Assembly (NCBI GenBank): GCA_011364975.1
Contig: RDOE01000019.1
Location: 1 to 46,062 of the forward strand
DNA: 46,062 nt
Direction: 5' to 3'
Origin: Promethearchaeota archaeon
GTDB lineage: Archaea; Asgardarchaeota; Lokiarchaeia; Sigyniarchaeales; SOKP01
Numbering within the stretch: the first letter of the stretch is position 1; every line of letters starts with the position of its first letter. The translations under genes were made by a program, and so were the position numbers. Of the stretch, positions 1-9,487 are shown one piece after another. The notes under the pieces are model-generated. The model was not told the DNA's origin and ran no database searches. It saw only the letters and a list, made by a program, of their open reading frames with translations.

Positions 1-2343
1 AGTCTAACTTGGATGAAAACAAATTTACCTGGGACAACTGTAGTGGTGTCTTGGTGGGATTATGGATATTGGCTTACACCTATAGGAAATATGACAACCG
101 TTAATGATAATGGTACAATAAATCAAACTAGGATCGGTATGACAGGAATGGCGATGATGCAAACTAATGAAATCTATAGTGCAAAGGTATTTAAGGATTT
201 ACACGCAGACTATGTATTAGTCTATTTTGGGTTTCTCTACTCGGCATTGGGTGGAGATGAGGGTAAGTGGCCGTGGATGTTAAGAATTTGTAATGATAAT
301 TATAATACTTATAAAATGTGGGGAATGGCGGAAGATAATTGGGCTCCAAATTCCGTATTCGTAGAAAGTGAATATTGGGATGATGCTACCCAAAAACCAA
401 CACCAAAATGGTTTGAATCTACGTTAGTGAAATTGATGTTCTATGGGATCTCAACAGATACAGTATCCCAAGATCCTCAAAATTTTGAACAATATTATCG
501 ACAACAAATTTATCAACGGACGGATAACCTTGGAACCTTATATGCTACTCACATACCTACTGGTGGAAATTATGATTTCAAAGTATTTAGACCCGCCTAT
601 ATCTCAACCAATGGATTAGTGAAGTTATTTAAATTGGACTATACTGCTTTAGAATCGGATTTTGAAATAAAAGAACCAGCGATTTATGACACTGGATTTG
701 GTACCTTAAAATTAAATAATACAGGATCTAAGGATATAGAAATAACCGATGTGAAAGTAAATGGAGAAAGCTATGATTTTGCAATGGGTAAGGGAATACA
801 TACTAATGTGTTACCTGCAGGAGAGAATGATATAGTGTGGATAGATATTGAATCCAGTGGTGATTCTTTTGAAATAAATGATGTAGTAAATGTTACGGTG
901 GAAGCTGAATCGGTTGCTTTAGATGAGAAAAAATACGTATTTTCTAAAAATTCCAAAAGCTTCTTTGTAAAGCAAGCCAGTACCGGAGAAATTACCATCA
1001 ATAAAGCCAATAGTAATGTGATCCAAATTGATGATACAACCGCAGAGATTTATTTAGAGGTAGAGAATACTGGTGGTTATACTGTTATATTGGACAATTT
1101 TTATATAGACAATGAGGATAATCTTTTAAACGACACTTATTATCTTTCAGGATCACCAATTTTAGAGCCAGGTCAGGCTGCTTATGTTAAGATAGTGAAT
1201 ATTACCGATTCATTTTATCCAATTAGAACATTTCATAAAATAGGTGTGCAAACTCCTAACAACATAAGAGATGAATTATATATGAGTTCTAATTTTCAGG
1301 ATTATGAAATAACCATCTTAGAAGACGGAAGAATCGTTTCGCCTGAACTTTCTGCGTTTACTCAAAATAATTTTAGAAAGCATATTCCAATCGATTTAGA
1401 GGATACTTATGCATATAGATACGAAAATGGAACTACTTCACTTCGAATTAAAGTAAAGAATACAGGAACTATGATATTAGGTCTTGATTCCATATATATA
1501 ACGAAATCAACAATTTGGGAATCTGTGGAAGATTTTATCCCGTTTAATCTGAATTCAGGTCAGGAAAAAGTGATTAATATCATTGCTTCAGATTATTTAT
1601 CTAATCTCGAAGTAAATGATGAGATTGGAATAATTGTAACTGCGAATTTTGATGGAACAACGAAAGCTTCCGATATTGGATATATTCATATATTAAAAGA
1701 TCAACCAGATATTCAAATTATTGAGAGTGTAGAAGGAGTAACCGCATCATATATCACCGCAAATGAAACAGGACAATTACTCATAAAAAATACAGGAGAT
1801 ACTGCGTTTGAGTTGGAAAATATCTATATAAATGAAACAACTATCTTATCATTTGATAGCGATGTGACTTTTGAAAGTGGTGATAAATTTTTAGACATTC
1901 AAGAAGCTGTATTAGTATCTTTTACTATACCAGGACTTTTTATAAATCAATCTAACCACCTTATCGTTAATATTACAACGAGTACTACTGCGGGAATTGT
2001 GATGGATTATTATGCAACTGTGAATTCAACTTTATATGAGATAGAAATTGATGACGCCCTTACATCTGCTTCTGATACTCGTGATGTTATCATTACACTC
2101 AAGAATCTTGGTAATTTAAATGTTACCATCGAATCAATCTATATAAATGGAACATATATTGACTTGAGTTATTTTGATGAGGATATTTACGAAATAGGAA
2201 CTGGAAGTTCAATTCAACTAACAATCGATATGATTATCCTTGAAACCATTATTGGAACAGTCAATACGAATGAAGATTTAGAAATCCTTGCTCGAACCAA
2301 AGAAGGTGCTGAAGATACACACCTAGAGCTGGTATCGCTTTAA
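1..2343 (+). CDS. aglB: STT3/AglB oligosaccharyltransferase, C-terminal part (5' truncated by window), with a long beta-rich repeat extension
   Basis: WWDYG motif (SWWDYGYW), DNGT motif and a DK-type motif GGDEGKWPWMLRI. Frame is open from base 1, so the TM region lies upstream of the window. Confidence 0.9.
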   Translation, partial: SLTWMKTNLPGTTVVVSWWDYGYWLTPIGNMTTVNDNGTINQTRIGMTGMAMMQTNEIYSAKVFKDLHADYVLVYFGFLYSALGGDEGKWPWMLRICNDNYNTYKMWGMAEDNWAPNSVFVESEYWDDATQKPTPKWFESTLVKLMFYGISTDTVSQDPQNFEQYYRQQIYQRTDNLGTLYATHIPTGGNYDFKVFRPAYISTNGLVKLFKLDYTALESDFEIKEPAIYDTGFGTLKLNNTGSKDIEITDVKVNGESYDFAMGKGIHTNVLPAGENDIVWIDIESSGDSFEINDVVNVTVEAESVALDEKKYVFSKNSKSFFVKQASTGEITINKANSNVIQIDDTTAEIYLEVENTGGYTVILDNFYIDNEDNLLNDTYYLSGSPILEPGQAAYVKIVNITDSFYPIRTFHKIGVQTPNNIRDELYMSSNFQDYEITILEDGRIVSPELSAFTQNNFRKHIPIDLEDTYAYRYENGTTSLRIKVKNTGTMILGLDSIYITKSTIWESVEDFIPFNLNSGQEKVINIIASDYLSNLEVNDEIGIIVTANFDGTTKASDIGYIHILKDQPDIQIIESVEGVTASYITANETGQLLIKNTGDTAFELENIYINETTILSFDSDVTFESGDKFLDIQEAVLVSFTIPGLFINQSNHLIVNITTSTTAGIVMDYYATVNSTLYEIEIDDALTSASDTRDVIITLKNLGNLNVTIESIYINGTYIDLSYFDEDIYEIGTGSSIQLTIDMIILETIIGTVNTNEDLEILARTKEGAEDTHLELVSL

Positions 2344-2398
2344 TAATTTTTAATTATTTTTTTAGTAAAAGTAAAAAATTATTATTCATTACAAAATC

Positions 2399-2417
2399 TA
2401 TAGACTTTTGGTCTATA
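2399..2417. promoter_or_regulatory. Inverted repeat TATAGAC-N5-GTCTATA upstream of uvrB, candidate operator
   Basis: Perfect 7-bp arms at 2399-2405 and 2411-2417, about 50 bp before the uvrB ATG. Confidence 0.35.
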
Positions 2418-2468
2418 AATTCAATTTATTTTATTTTTAATTAATTCCATTTTTATTTTTTCGAACCT

Positions 2469-4475
2469 ATGAGTGTTAAATTCAATATCAAATCTGAATT
2501 TGTACCCCGTGGAGATCAACCTCAGGCAATAAAGGCACTTGCAGAGAGGATTAAAGCTAATAAAAGATTTAATACTTTGCTGGGGGCCACTGGCACAGGA
2601 AAAACGTTTTCTGTGGCAAATATTATTCAAGAAATCCAGAAACCCACATTGCTAATGGCTCCAAATAAAACATTAGCAGCACAACTTTATAACGAGCTAA
2701 AAGAATTGTTTCCTGATAATTCAGTTCATTATTTTGTATCGTATTATGACTATTATCAGCCAGAAGCATTCATGCCTGTGACTATGATGTATATAGAAAA
2801 AGATTTCAGTGTGAATGAAGAAATAGAAAAATTACGTTTAGCTGCAACTCATGCTATCCGTACTCGACGGGATGTAATTATTGTAGCCACTGTGTCATGT
2901 ATCTATGGGATCGGAGACCCTGAGACATGGACTGCAGTTTCTGTAAACCTTGAAGTTGGACAGACAATAAAGCGAAGTGACATCATCAAGGGTTTAATAA
3001 GAATGAATTATGAAAGAAAAGATGTTGAATTTAGGCAAGGTATAGTACGAATACGCGGTGATATAATCGATATATTTCCGGCGTATTTAGATACAGCATT
3101 CCGAATTTCACTTTTTGGGGATGAAATTGAATCAATTCAAGAAATTCATCCTATTTCTAATGATGTTATAAAAAATTTAACAAATTGCAGAATATTCCCT
3201 GCTACTCATTTCATTATTCCTGAAGAAAATAAAATTAAAGCACTAGAATCAATTGAACTTGAGTTAGAACAACAAATAAAAAAATTTATGGATGAAAAAC
3301 GATATCCTGAAGCACAATGGATAGAGAAAAGGGTTAAATTTGATTTAGAAATGATGAGGGAAATGGGATGGTGTAAAGGTATAGAAAATTATTCAAGACA
3401 TTTAGATGGTCGCCCTCCTGGGACGCCTCCAATGTGCTTAATGGACTATTTTCCTGAAGATTTTTTAATTGTAGTAGATGAGTCTCATATTACAATTCCT
3501 CAAATACATGGGATGATTGGAGGGGATCGTTCCCGTAAAAAAAATTTGGTTGAGTATGGGTGGAGATTGCCAAGTGCTTTTGATAATAGACCTCTCACTT
3601 TTGAAGAATGGGAAAGTAAAATTAAATATGTAGTTTTTATGAGCGCAACTCCAGGAGAGTATGAATTGAAGAAATCGGGAGGAATCTCTGCTGAACAAAT
3701 TATAAGACCTACGGGGCTTATCGATCCAGAAGTCGAAGTACGTCCCGCTAAGAATCAGATTGATGATCTATTAGATGAAATAAGAAAAGTTATTAATAAG
3801 GGCGGACGAATACTCATTACAACCCTGACTAAACGGATGGCGGAGGATATTGCAGAGTATTATTCAGAGTTAGGAATTAAGATTTCATATTTGCATTCTG
3901 AAGTTGATACCGTAGAACGATTCGATCTTTTAAGACAATTGCGAGATGGAACTTATGATGCGCTTGTTGGCATTAATCTTCTTAGAGAAGGCTTAGATTT
4001 ACCAGAGGTACAGTTAGTAGCAATATTGGATGCAGATAAGCTTGGCTTTTTACGAGATACAAGATCATTAATCCAAACCGTAGGGAGAGCTTCCAGAAAT
4101 GTAGATGGAAGAGCTATTTTATATGCTGACAAAATTACTTCTGCTATGAAAGAAGCTATAGATGAGACTAATCGCAGAAGGAATAAACAAAGAGAATTTA
4201 ATAAAAACCATAATATTACACCTCAAACTATTAAAAGAAACATACTTAATTCTCTTTCTGAAGAAAGAGAGCTCCAAGAGAAAGAATCTAAAAGATTGAA
4301 GCAATCAATTGAGACTAAAATCAATGTTTTAGAGAAAGAGGGAGATAAAGATTTAATCATTCAGTATTTAGAAAATAAAATGTTTATGGCCGCTAAAGAA
4401 CTGAGATTTGAAGATGCTGCCTATTTAAGAGATAGAATAATAGAAATTGAAAAAAATTATAAAATAAAACAATGA
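2469..4475 (+). CDS. uvrB: Excinuclease ABC subunit B
   Basis: GATGTGKT Walker A, YFVSYYDYYQPEA beta-hairpin, DESH, GINLLREGLDLPEV, C-terminal UVR domain (AAKELRFEDAAYLRD). Confidence 0.98.
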   Translation: MSVKFNIKSEFVPRGDQPQAIKALAERIKANKRFNTLLGATGTGKTFSVANIIQEIQKPTLLMAPNKTLAAQLYNELKELFPDNSVHYFVSYYDYYQPEAFMPVTMMYIEKDFSVNEEIEKLRLAATHAIRTRRDVIIVATVSCIYGIGDPETWTAVSVNLEVGQTIKRSDIIKGLIRMNYERKDVEFRQGIVRIRGDIIDIFPAYLDTAFRISLFGDEIESIQEIHPISNDVIKNLTNCRIFPATHFIIPEENKIKALESIELELEQQIKKFMDEKRYPEAQWIEKRVKFDLEMMREMGWCKGIENYSRHLDGRPPGTPPMCLMDYFPEDFLIVVDESHITIPQIHGMIGGDRSRKKNLVEYGWRLPSAFDNRPLTFEEWESKIKYVVFMSATPGEYELKKSGGISAEQIIRPTGLIDPEVEVRPAKNQIDDLLDEIRKVINKGGRILITTLTKRMAEDIAEYYSELGIKISYLHSEVDTVERFDLLRQLRDGTYDALVGINLLREGLDLPEVQLVAILDADKLGFLRDTRSLIQTVGRASRNVDGRAILYADKITSAMKEAIDETNRRRNKQREFNKNHNITPQTIKRNILNSLSEERELQEKESKRLKQSIETKINVLEKEGDKDLIIQYLENKMFMAAKELRFEDAAYLRDRIIEIEKNYKIKQ

Positions 4476-4516
4476 AGATTTTCTGTTCCAATTAATTAAA
4501 AATTATAGGAGTGAAT

Positions 4517-7408
4517 ATGTCTCAAAACTCAATTATTATTAAAGGAGCAAGACAGAATAATCTAAAAAATATTGATGTTATAATTCCCCGTAACAAATTA
4601 ATTATTATTACTGGGATTAGTGGTAGTGGCAAATCAAGTCTTGCAATGGATACTTTATATGCGGAGGGACAACGGAGATTTTTAGAATCCTTATCAAGTT
4701 ATGCAAGACAATTCTTAGGGGAAATGGATAAACCAGATGTTGATTCTATAGAAGGGTTATCACCTGCAATAGCAATAGAGCAAAAACCATTATCAAAAAA
4801 CCCCAGAAGTACGGTAGGGACCGTTACTGAAATTTATGACTATTATCGTTTATTATTTGCTAATATTGGGATCCCTCATTGTCCTCAATGTGGGAAAGAA
4901 ATTAAACCTCAAACACCCCAACAAATAATAGAACAAGTATTAACTACATTAGAACCAAATCAAAAATTTCTTGTTAAAGCACCAGTTATCCGAGATAGAA
5001 AGGGAGAATATAAAGAACTTTTACAAGATCTTAAAAAACAAGGCTACGTAAGGGTTGAAATCGATGGGATTCAGTATACTTTGGATGAAGAAATTACTAT
5101 GCATAAACATGTGAAACATAATATTAACGTCATTATTGATCGATTAGTGATGAAAAGTGATATAAAAACGAGATTAGCAGACTCCATCGAAAGTGCTTTA
5201 AAATTGACGGAGGGTATTGTAATAGTTGAATTAGTAGATAAAGCAGAGCAAATTTATTCAGAACACTTAGCATGTGTGGATTGCGGAATTTCATTACCTT
5301 CCATCGATCATAAAATGTTTTCATTTAATATTCCTCATGGTAGCTGTAAACAATGTAGCGGATTAGGTACCATTTTAGAATTTGATTATGGATTAGTATT
5401 AGGGGATGACCTTGAAGTAGCTCTTAGAGATACTCCTATTAGAAATATTCCTGGTTTTGGATCCGAAGATGGATACTCCTGGCAACTTATAGAACAAGTT
5501 TCGAAACATTATGGCTTTAATGCAAACAAAACTAAGATAAAGGACATTAAACCTGAAAAATTACAAAAGATTTTATTCGGAACAGGTAGCGATTCAATTG
5601 CTTTTCACTTTGAAAGCGATAATAATGGCGAGGGAGATTTGAAGAATGAGAAACGGGCTTCATGGGATGTGGTACGACCTTTTGAAGGGCTTATACCGAT
5701 GCTGCATAGAAGATATATGGAGACACGCTCAGAATGGGCGAGAGAAATATATGAAAGCTTTATGAATCAAGTAAATTGCCCATATTGTAAAGGTCAAAGG
5801 TTAAATCCTGAGAGTTTAGCAGTAACTATCAATAGTTTGAATATTGCCGAGCTATCTGATTTAGCCGTAAAAGATTCACTGAAATTCTTCGAAAGGTTAA
5901 CATTAGATGAGGTTCAAAAGAAAATTGTTAAAGAAGTTTTAAAAGAAATACTTGATCGATTATCATTTTTAGAAAATGTCGGTTTAGATTATATTTCTTT
6001 AAGTAGAAGGTCTCATACTCTCTCTGTTGGAGAAGCTGAGCGCATTCGACTTGCTACTCAATTAGGTTCAAGTTTAGTTGGTGTTCTATACGTGTTAGAT
6101 GAACCTTCAGTTGGATTACACCAACGAGACATTTCACGATTGATTAATATGCTCAAAAAGTTACGAGATTTGGGAAATACGGTTGTTGTTGTCGAGCATG
6201 ATGATGAAATCATGCGAAATGCTGATCATATTATTGACCTTGGGCCATTAGCTGGTGAAAATGGAGGAGAGATTGTAGCTCAAGGATCATTAGAAAATAT
6301 TTTAAACTCAAAAACCCTAACTGGTAAATATTTATCAGGAAAGAAAAAAATTGAGGTTCCCAAACAAAGAAGGAAATTAAATCATAACTATATCGAAATA
6401 AAAGGTGCTCGAGAAAATAATCTAAAAAATTTAGATGTTAAGATACCAATGGGTGTATTTACTTGCATAACTGGAGTTTCAGGAGCTGGAAAAACTAGTT
6501 TAATAATTGATTGCCTTTACAAAGGATTACACAATTTAGTTAATATACGTAGTTCACGTCTAATTTCCGGGGAATTTGATGAAATATTAGGGTATGAACA
6601 CATCGATAAAATAATTAATATTGACCAATCACCAATTGGAAGAACTCCGCGATCGGTACCTTCTACCTATACTAAAGCACTCGACTATATTAGAGAAATC
6701 TTTGCTGGTTTACCTGAAGCAAGAGAACGTGGTTATAAGAAAGGGAGGTTCAGTTTTAATACAACATCAGGTCATTGTAAAAAGTGTAAGGGTACAGGAT
6801 ATATCTTGAAAGAAATGTATTTTCTGCCAGATGTATATATTAAATGTGATTTATGTAAGGGAAAAAGATATAACGCTGAAACATTAGAAATTAAATATCG
6901 AGGGAATACGATTTCAGATGTTTTAAGAATGACATTCCATCAAGCATTAGAGTTTTTTGACAATTTTCCAAAACTCAAGAGAACCTTAAAAACTGTAGTT
7001 GATGTAGGACTTGGATATTTAGAATTAGGCCAATCTTCAACCACCCTTAGTGGTGGAGAATCTCAACGGTTGAAAATTGCTCGAGAATTGAGAAAATCTA
7101 GTACGGGAAATACTTTATACATATTAGACGAACCAACCACGGGACTTCATATGTATGATATCCAATTTTTATTAAAAGTTCTTCAGAAATTAGTAGATAA
7201 AGGTAATTCCGTAGTAATTATTGAACATAATATGGAGATTATCAAATCCGTTGATTATATAATTGATATCGGTCCAGAGGGTGGTGAAAAGGGTGGTAAT
7301 ATCGTAACTCAAGGTACCCCCGAGGAAATTATTCAAGACAGTAATTCGTATACTGCTCAATATTTAAAAAAATATTTAGAGCAAAACCACCAAATCTTAA
7401 CAGTTTAA
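4517..7408 (+). CDS. uvrA: Excinuclease ABC subunit A
   Basis: Two ABC ATPase modules (GISGSGKSS, GVSGAGKTS, LDEP twice), zinc fingers, GARxNNLKN twice. ATG at 4517 follows AGGAGTGA; alternative GTG start at 4511. Confidence 0.98.
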   Translation: MSQNSIIIKGARQNNLKNIDVIIPRNKLIIITGISGSGKSSLAMDTLYAEGQRRFLESLSSYARQFLGEMDKPDVDSIEGLSPAIAIEQKPLSKNPRSTVGTVTEIYDYYRLLFANIGIPHCPQCGKEIKPQTPQQIIEQVLTTLEPNQKFLVKAPVIRDRKGEYKELLQDLKKQGYVRVEIDGIQYTLDEEITMHKHVKHNINVIIDRLVMKSDIKTRLADSIESALKLTEGIVIVELVDKAEQIYSEHLACVDCGISLPSIDHKMFSFNIPHGSCKQCSGLGTILEFDYGLVLGDDLEVALRDTPIRNIPGFGSEDGYSWQLIEQVSKHYGFNANKTKIKDIKPEKLQKILFGTGSDSIAFHFESDNNGEGDLKNEKRASWDVVRPFEGLIPMLHRRYMETRSEWAREIYESFMNQVNCPYCKGQRLNPESLAVTINSLNIAELSDLAVKDSLKFFERLTLDEVQKKIVKEVLKEILDRLSFLENVGLDYISLSRRSHTLSVGEAERIRLATQLGSSLVGVLYVLDEPSVGLHQRDISRLINMLKKLRDLGNTVVVVEHDDEIMRNADHIIDLGPLAGENGGEIVAQGSLENILNSKTLTGKYLSGKKKIEVPKQRRKLNHNYIEIKGARENNLKNLDVKIPMGVFTCITGVSGAGKTSLIIDCLYKGLHNLVNIRSSRLISGEFDEILGYEHIDKIINIDQSPIGRTPRSVPSTYTKALDYIREIFAGLPEARERGYKKGRFSFNTTSGHCKKCKGTGYILKEMYFLPDVYIKCDLCKGKRYNAETLEIKYRGNTISDVLRMTFHQALEFFDNFPKLKRTLKTVVDVGLGYLELGQSSTTLSGGESQRLKIARELRKSSTGNTLYILDEPTTGLHMYDIQFLLKVLQKLVDKGNSVVIIEHNMEIIKSVDYIIDIGPEGGEKGGNIVTQGTPEEIIQDSNSYTAQYLKKYLEQNHQILTV

Positions 7409-7412
7409 TTTT

Positions 7413-7446
7413 TTTAGTTAAATTCTAAATTTAGTTAAATTCTAAA
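7413..7446. repeat. Perfect tandem duplication of TTTAGTTAAATTCTAAA (17 bp x2); each unit has inverted ends (TTTAG-N7-CTAAA)
   Basis: Read directly: copies at 7413-7429 and 7430-7446, between uvrA and infB. Confidence 0.85.
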
Positions 7447-7503
7447 CTTCTTGTTAACTAATTATATTATTATCTTTATTTTTCATTTATTTTGTGAATT
7501 ACA

Positions 7504-9312
7504 ATGTCAGTTGAATCTGAATCAAAAATCATACGTGCTCCTATTGCTTGTATTTTAGGGCATATTGATCATGGAAAAACCAGTCTTCTTGATTATATTA
7601 GAGGTACTGTGGTGCAACAACGTGAAGCTGCAGGTATTACTCAACATATTGGAGCTTCTTATTTTCCAACTGATGATATTAAAGCATTCTTACAAAAATC
7701 CAAAAAAGAATTTGCTGAAAAAGAAATTAAGTTGCCCGGAATTTTGGTCATCGACACTCCTGGTCACGCAGCTTTTTTAAACCTCAGGAAAAGAGGTGGT
7801 GCTGTAGCAGATATTGCAATATTAGTTGTGGATGTAACCGCCGGAACCATGCCGATTACTTGGGAATCGGTACGAATTTTAAAAGAGAGAAAAACTCCTT
7901 TTGTTATAGCAGCTAATAAGATAGATAGAATTTCTGGATGGAAATCAAAGCAGGATGCCGACTTCTTAGACTCCTATAACTCTCAAAAACCACATGTGAA
8001 AGAATTCTTAGATGAAAAAATTCTGCAGATTATGGGTAATTTCTTAGAAGAGGGATTTAAAGGAATCGACCGATATGATAAAATAAAAGACTTCACTCAA
8101 AAAATAGCAATTGTACCCACAAGCGCTAAAACAGGTGAGGGGATTTCTACATTATTAATGGTTTTAATGGGTTTGGTTCAACAATACTTAACTCAAAACT
8201 TGAAATTTTCCGAAGGTCCTGCGAAAGGAGTTGTCCTAGAAGTAAAAAAACAAAAAGGTCAGGGGGTTACTCTTGATGTACTAATATATGATGGAATTAT
8301 TCATAAAGGGGATGACTTTATCGTAGGAGGGTTAGACAAACCTATTAAATCGAAGGTCCGTGCTCTTTTACGGCCAAAACCGTTAGATGAGATAAGAGAT
8401 CCACGTCAAAAGTTTGATTCAGAAGAAATGGTAAGTGCTGCTGCAGGAATAAAGATCTTAGCTCCAAACATAGATGATGTTGTAGCGGGCTCCCCTTTTA
8501 AAGCTGTTGGGAAAGGTTCAGATGAAGCTAGTGTATATAAAGCAATTGAAGATGAAGTACAAAGTATTCGTATTAAAACCGATAAGGCAGGAGTAGTATT
8601 AAAAGCTGATACTTTGGGCTCTCTTGAAGCTTTAGAAAATCATTTTAGTAATAATGATGTTAAAATTAGTATTGCAGATGTAGGTCCTATTAAAAAAGAA
8701 GATGTAATGAATGCGAATATAGTTAAACATATTGATCCCTATAGTGCAGCGGTTCTAGGGTTTGGTGTTGACATCTTACCTGAAGCAAAAGAGCAAGCAA
8801 CAATCGATAATATTAGAATCTTTACAAATGATGTTATATATCGCTTATTAGAAGATTATATTGAATATCGTGATACAAGAAAAGCCCAAGATACTGCAAA
8901 AGGATTGAGTGAATTAATTTTACCTGCAAAACTTAAAATGTTTCCCGATTACATATTTAGAAATTCAGATCCTGCGGTTTTCGGAGTGCGCGTCGAAGCA
9001 GGAACTCTTTATCCTAAAGTGCCCTTAATCACTAGTGAAGGAATTAAAGCAAGAAGAGTACATCAAATCCAAGATAAAGGACAAACTCTTGATAAAGCAG
9101 GTAAGGATGCTGAAGTGGCTATCTCAATACGAGGAATTGAAATAGGAAGGGATATTGGAAAAGATGAAACTTTATATGTCTCTATTCCTGAATCCCATGT
9201 ACGCCAATTAATGGGAACGTTCATAAATGAATTAACAATTGACCAAAAGGAAGCACTTAGAGAGTATATTATTTTGATGAGAAAACTTAATCACCCTTGG
9301 TGGGGCATGTAA
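7504..9312 (+). CDS. infB: Translation initiation factor aIF5B (archaeal IF-2)
   Basis: GHIDHGKT, REAAGITQHIGA, DTPGH, NKID, KADTLGSLEAL, IFRNSDPAVFGV. Confidence 0.97.
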   Translation: MSVESESKIIRAPIACILGHIDHGKTSLLDYIRGTVVQQREAAGITQHIGASYFPTDDIKAFLQKSKKEFAEKEIKLPGILVIDTPGHAAFLNLRKRGGAVADIAILVVDVTAGTMPITWESVRILKERKTPFVIAANKIDRISGWKSKQDADFLDSYNSQKPHVKEFLDEKILQIMGNFLEEGFKGIDRYDKIKDFTQKIAIVPTSAKTGEGISTLLMVLMGLVQQYLTQNLKFSEGPAKGVVLEVKKQKGQGVTLDVLIYDGIIHKGDDFIVGGLDKPIKSKVRALLRPKPLDEIRDPRQKFDSEEMVSAAAGIKILAPNIDDVVAGSPFKAVGKGSDEASVYKAIEDEVQSIRIKTDKAGVVLKADTLGSLEALENHFSNNDVKISIADVGPIKKEDVMNANIVKHIDPYSAAVLGFGVDILPEAKEQATIDNIRIFTNDVIYRLLEDYIEYRDTRKAQDTAKGLSELILPAKLKMFPDYIFRNSDPAVFGVRVEAGTLYPKVPLITSEGIKARRVHQIQDKGQTLDKAGKDAEVAISIRGIEIGRDIGKDETLYVSIPESHVRQLMGTFINELTIDQKEALREYIILMRKLNHPWWGM

Positions 9313-9487
9313 TAGCCTATAAACTAATTTTTTAACTAAATAAGCGAAACTATCCCTTCTAAATATAAAGAGTAAAAACTACTTGATATTTGATAATAGA
9401 AGAGTCATAACCTTTTTTTAATAGTTAAAAATAAATTTATATTGTATCACGCAATTAACTCAAATATTTAAGCACAATAGTGAATAT

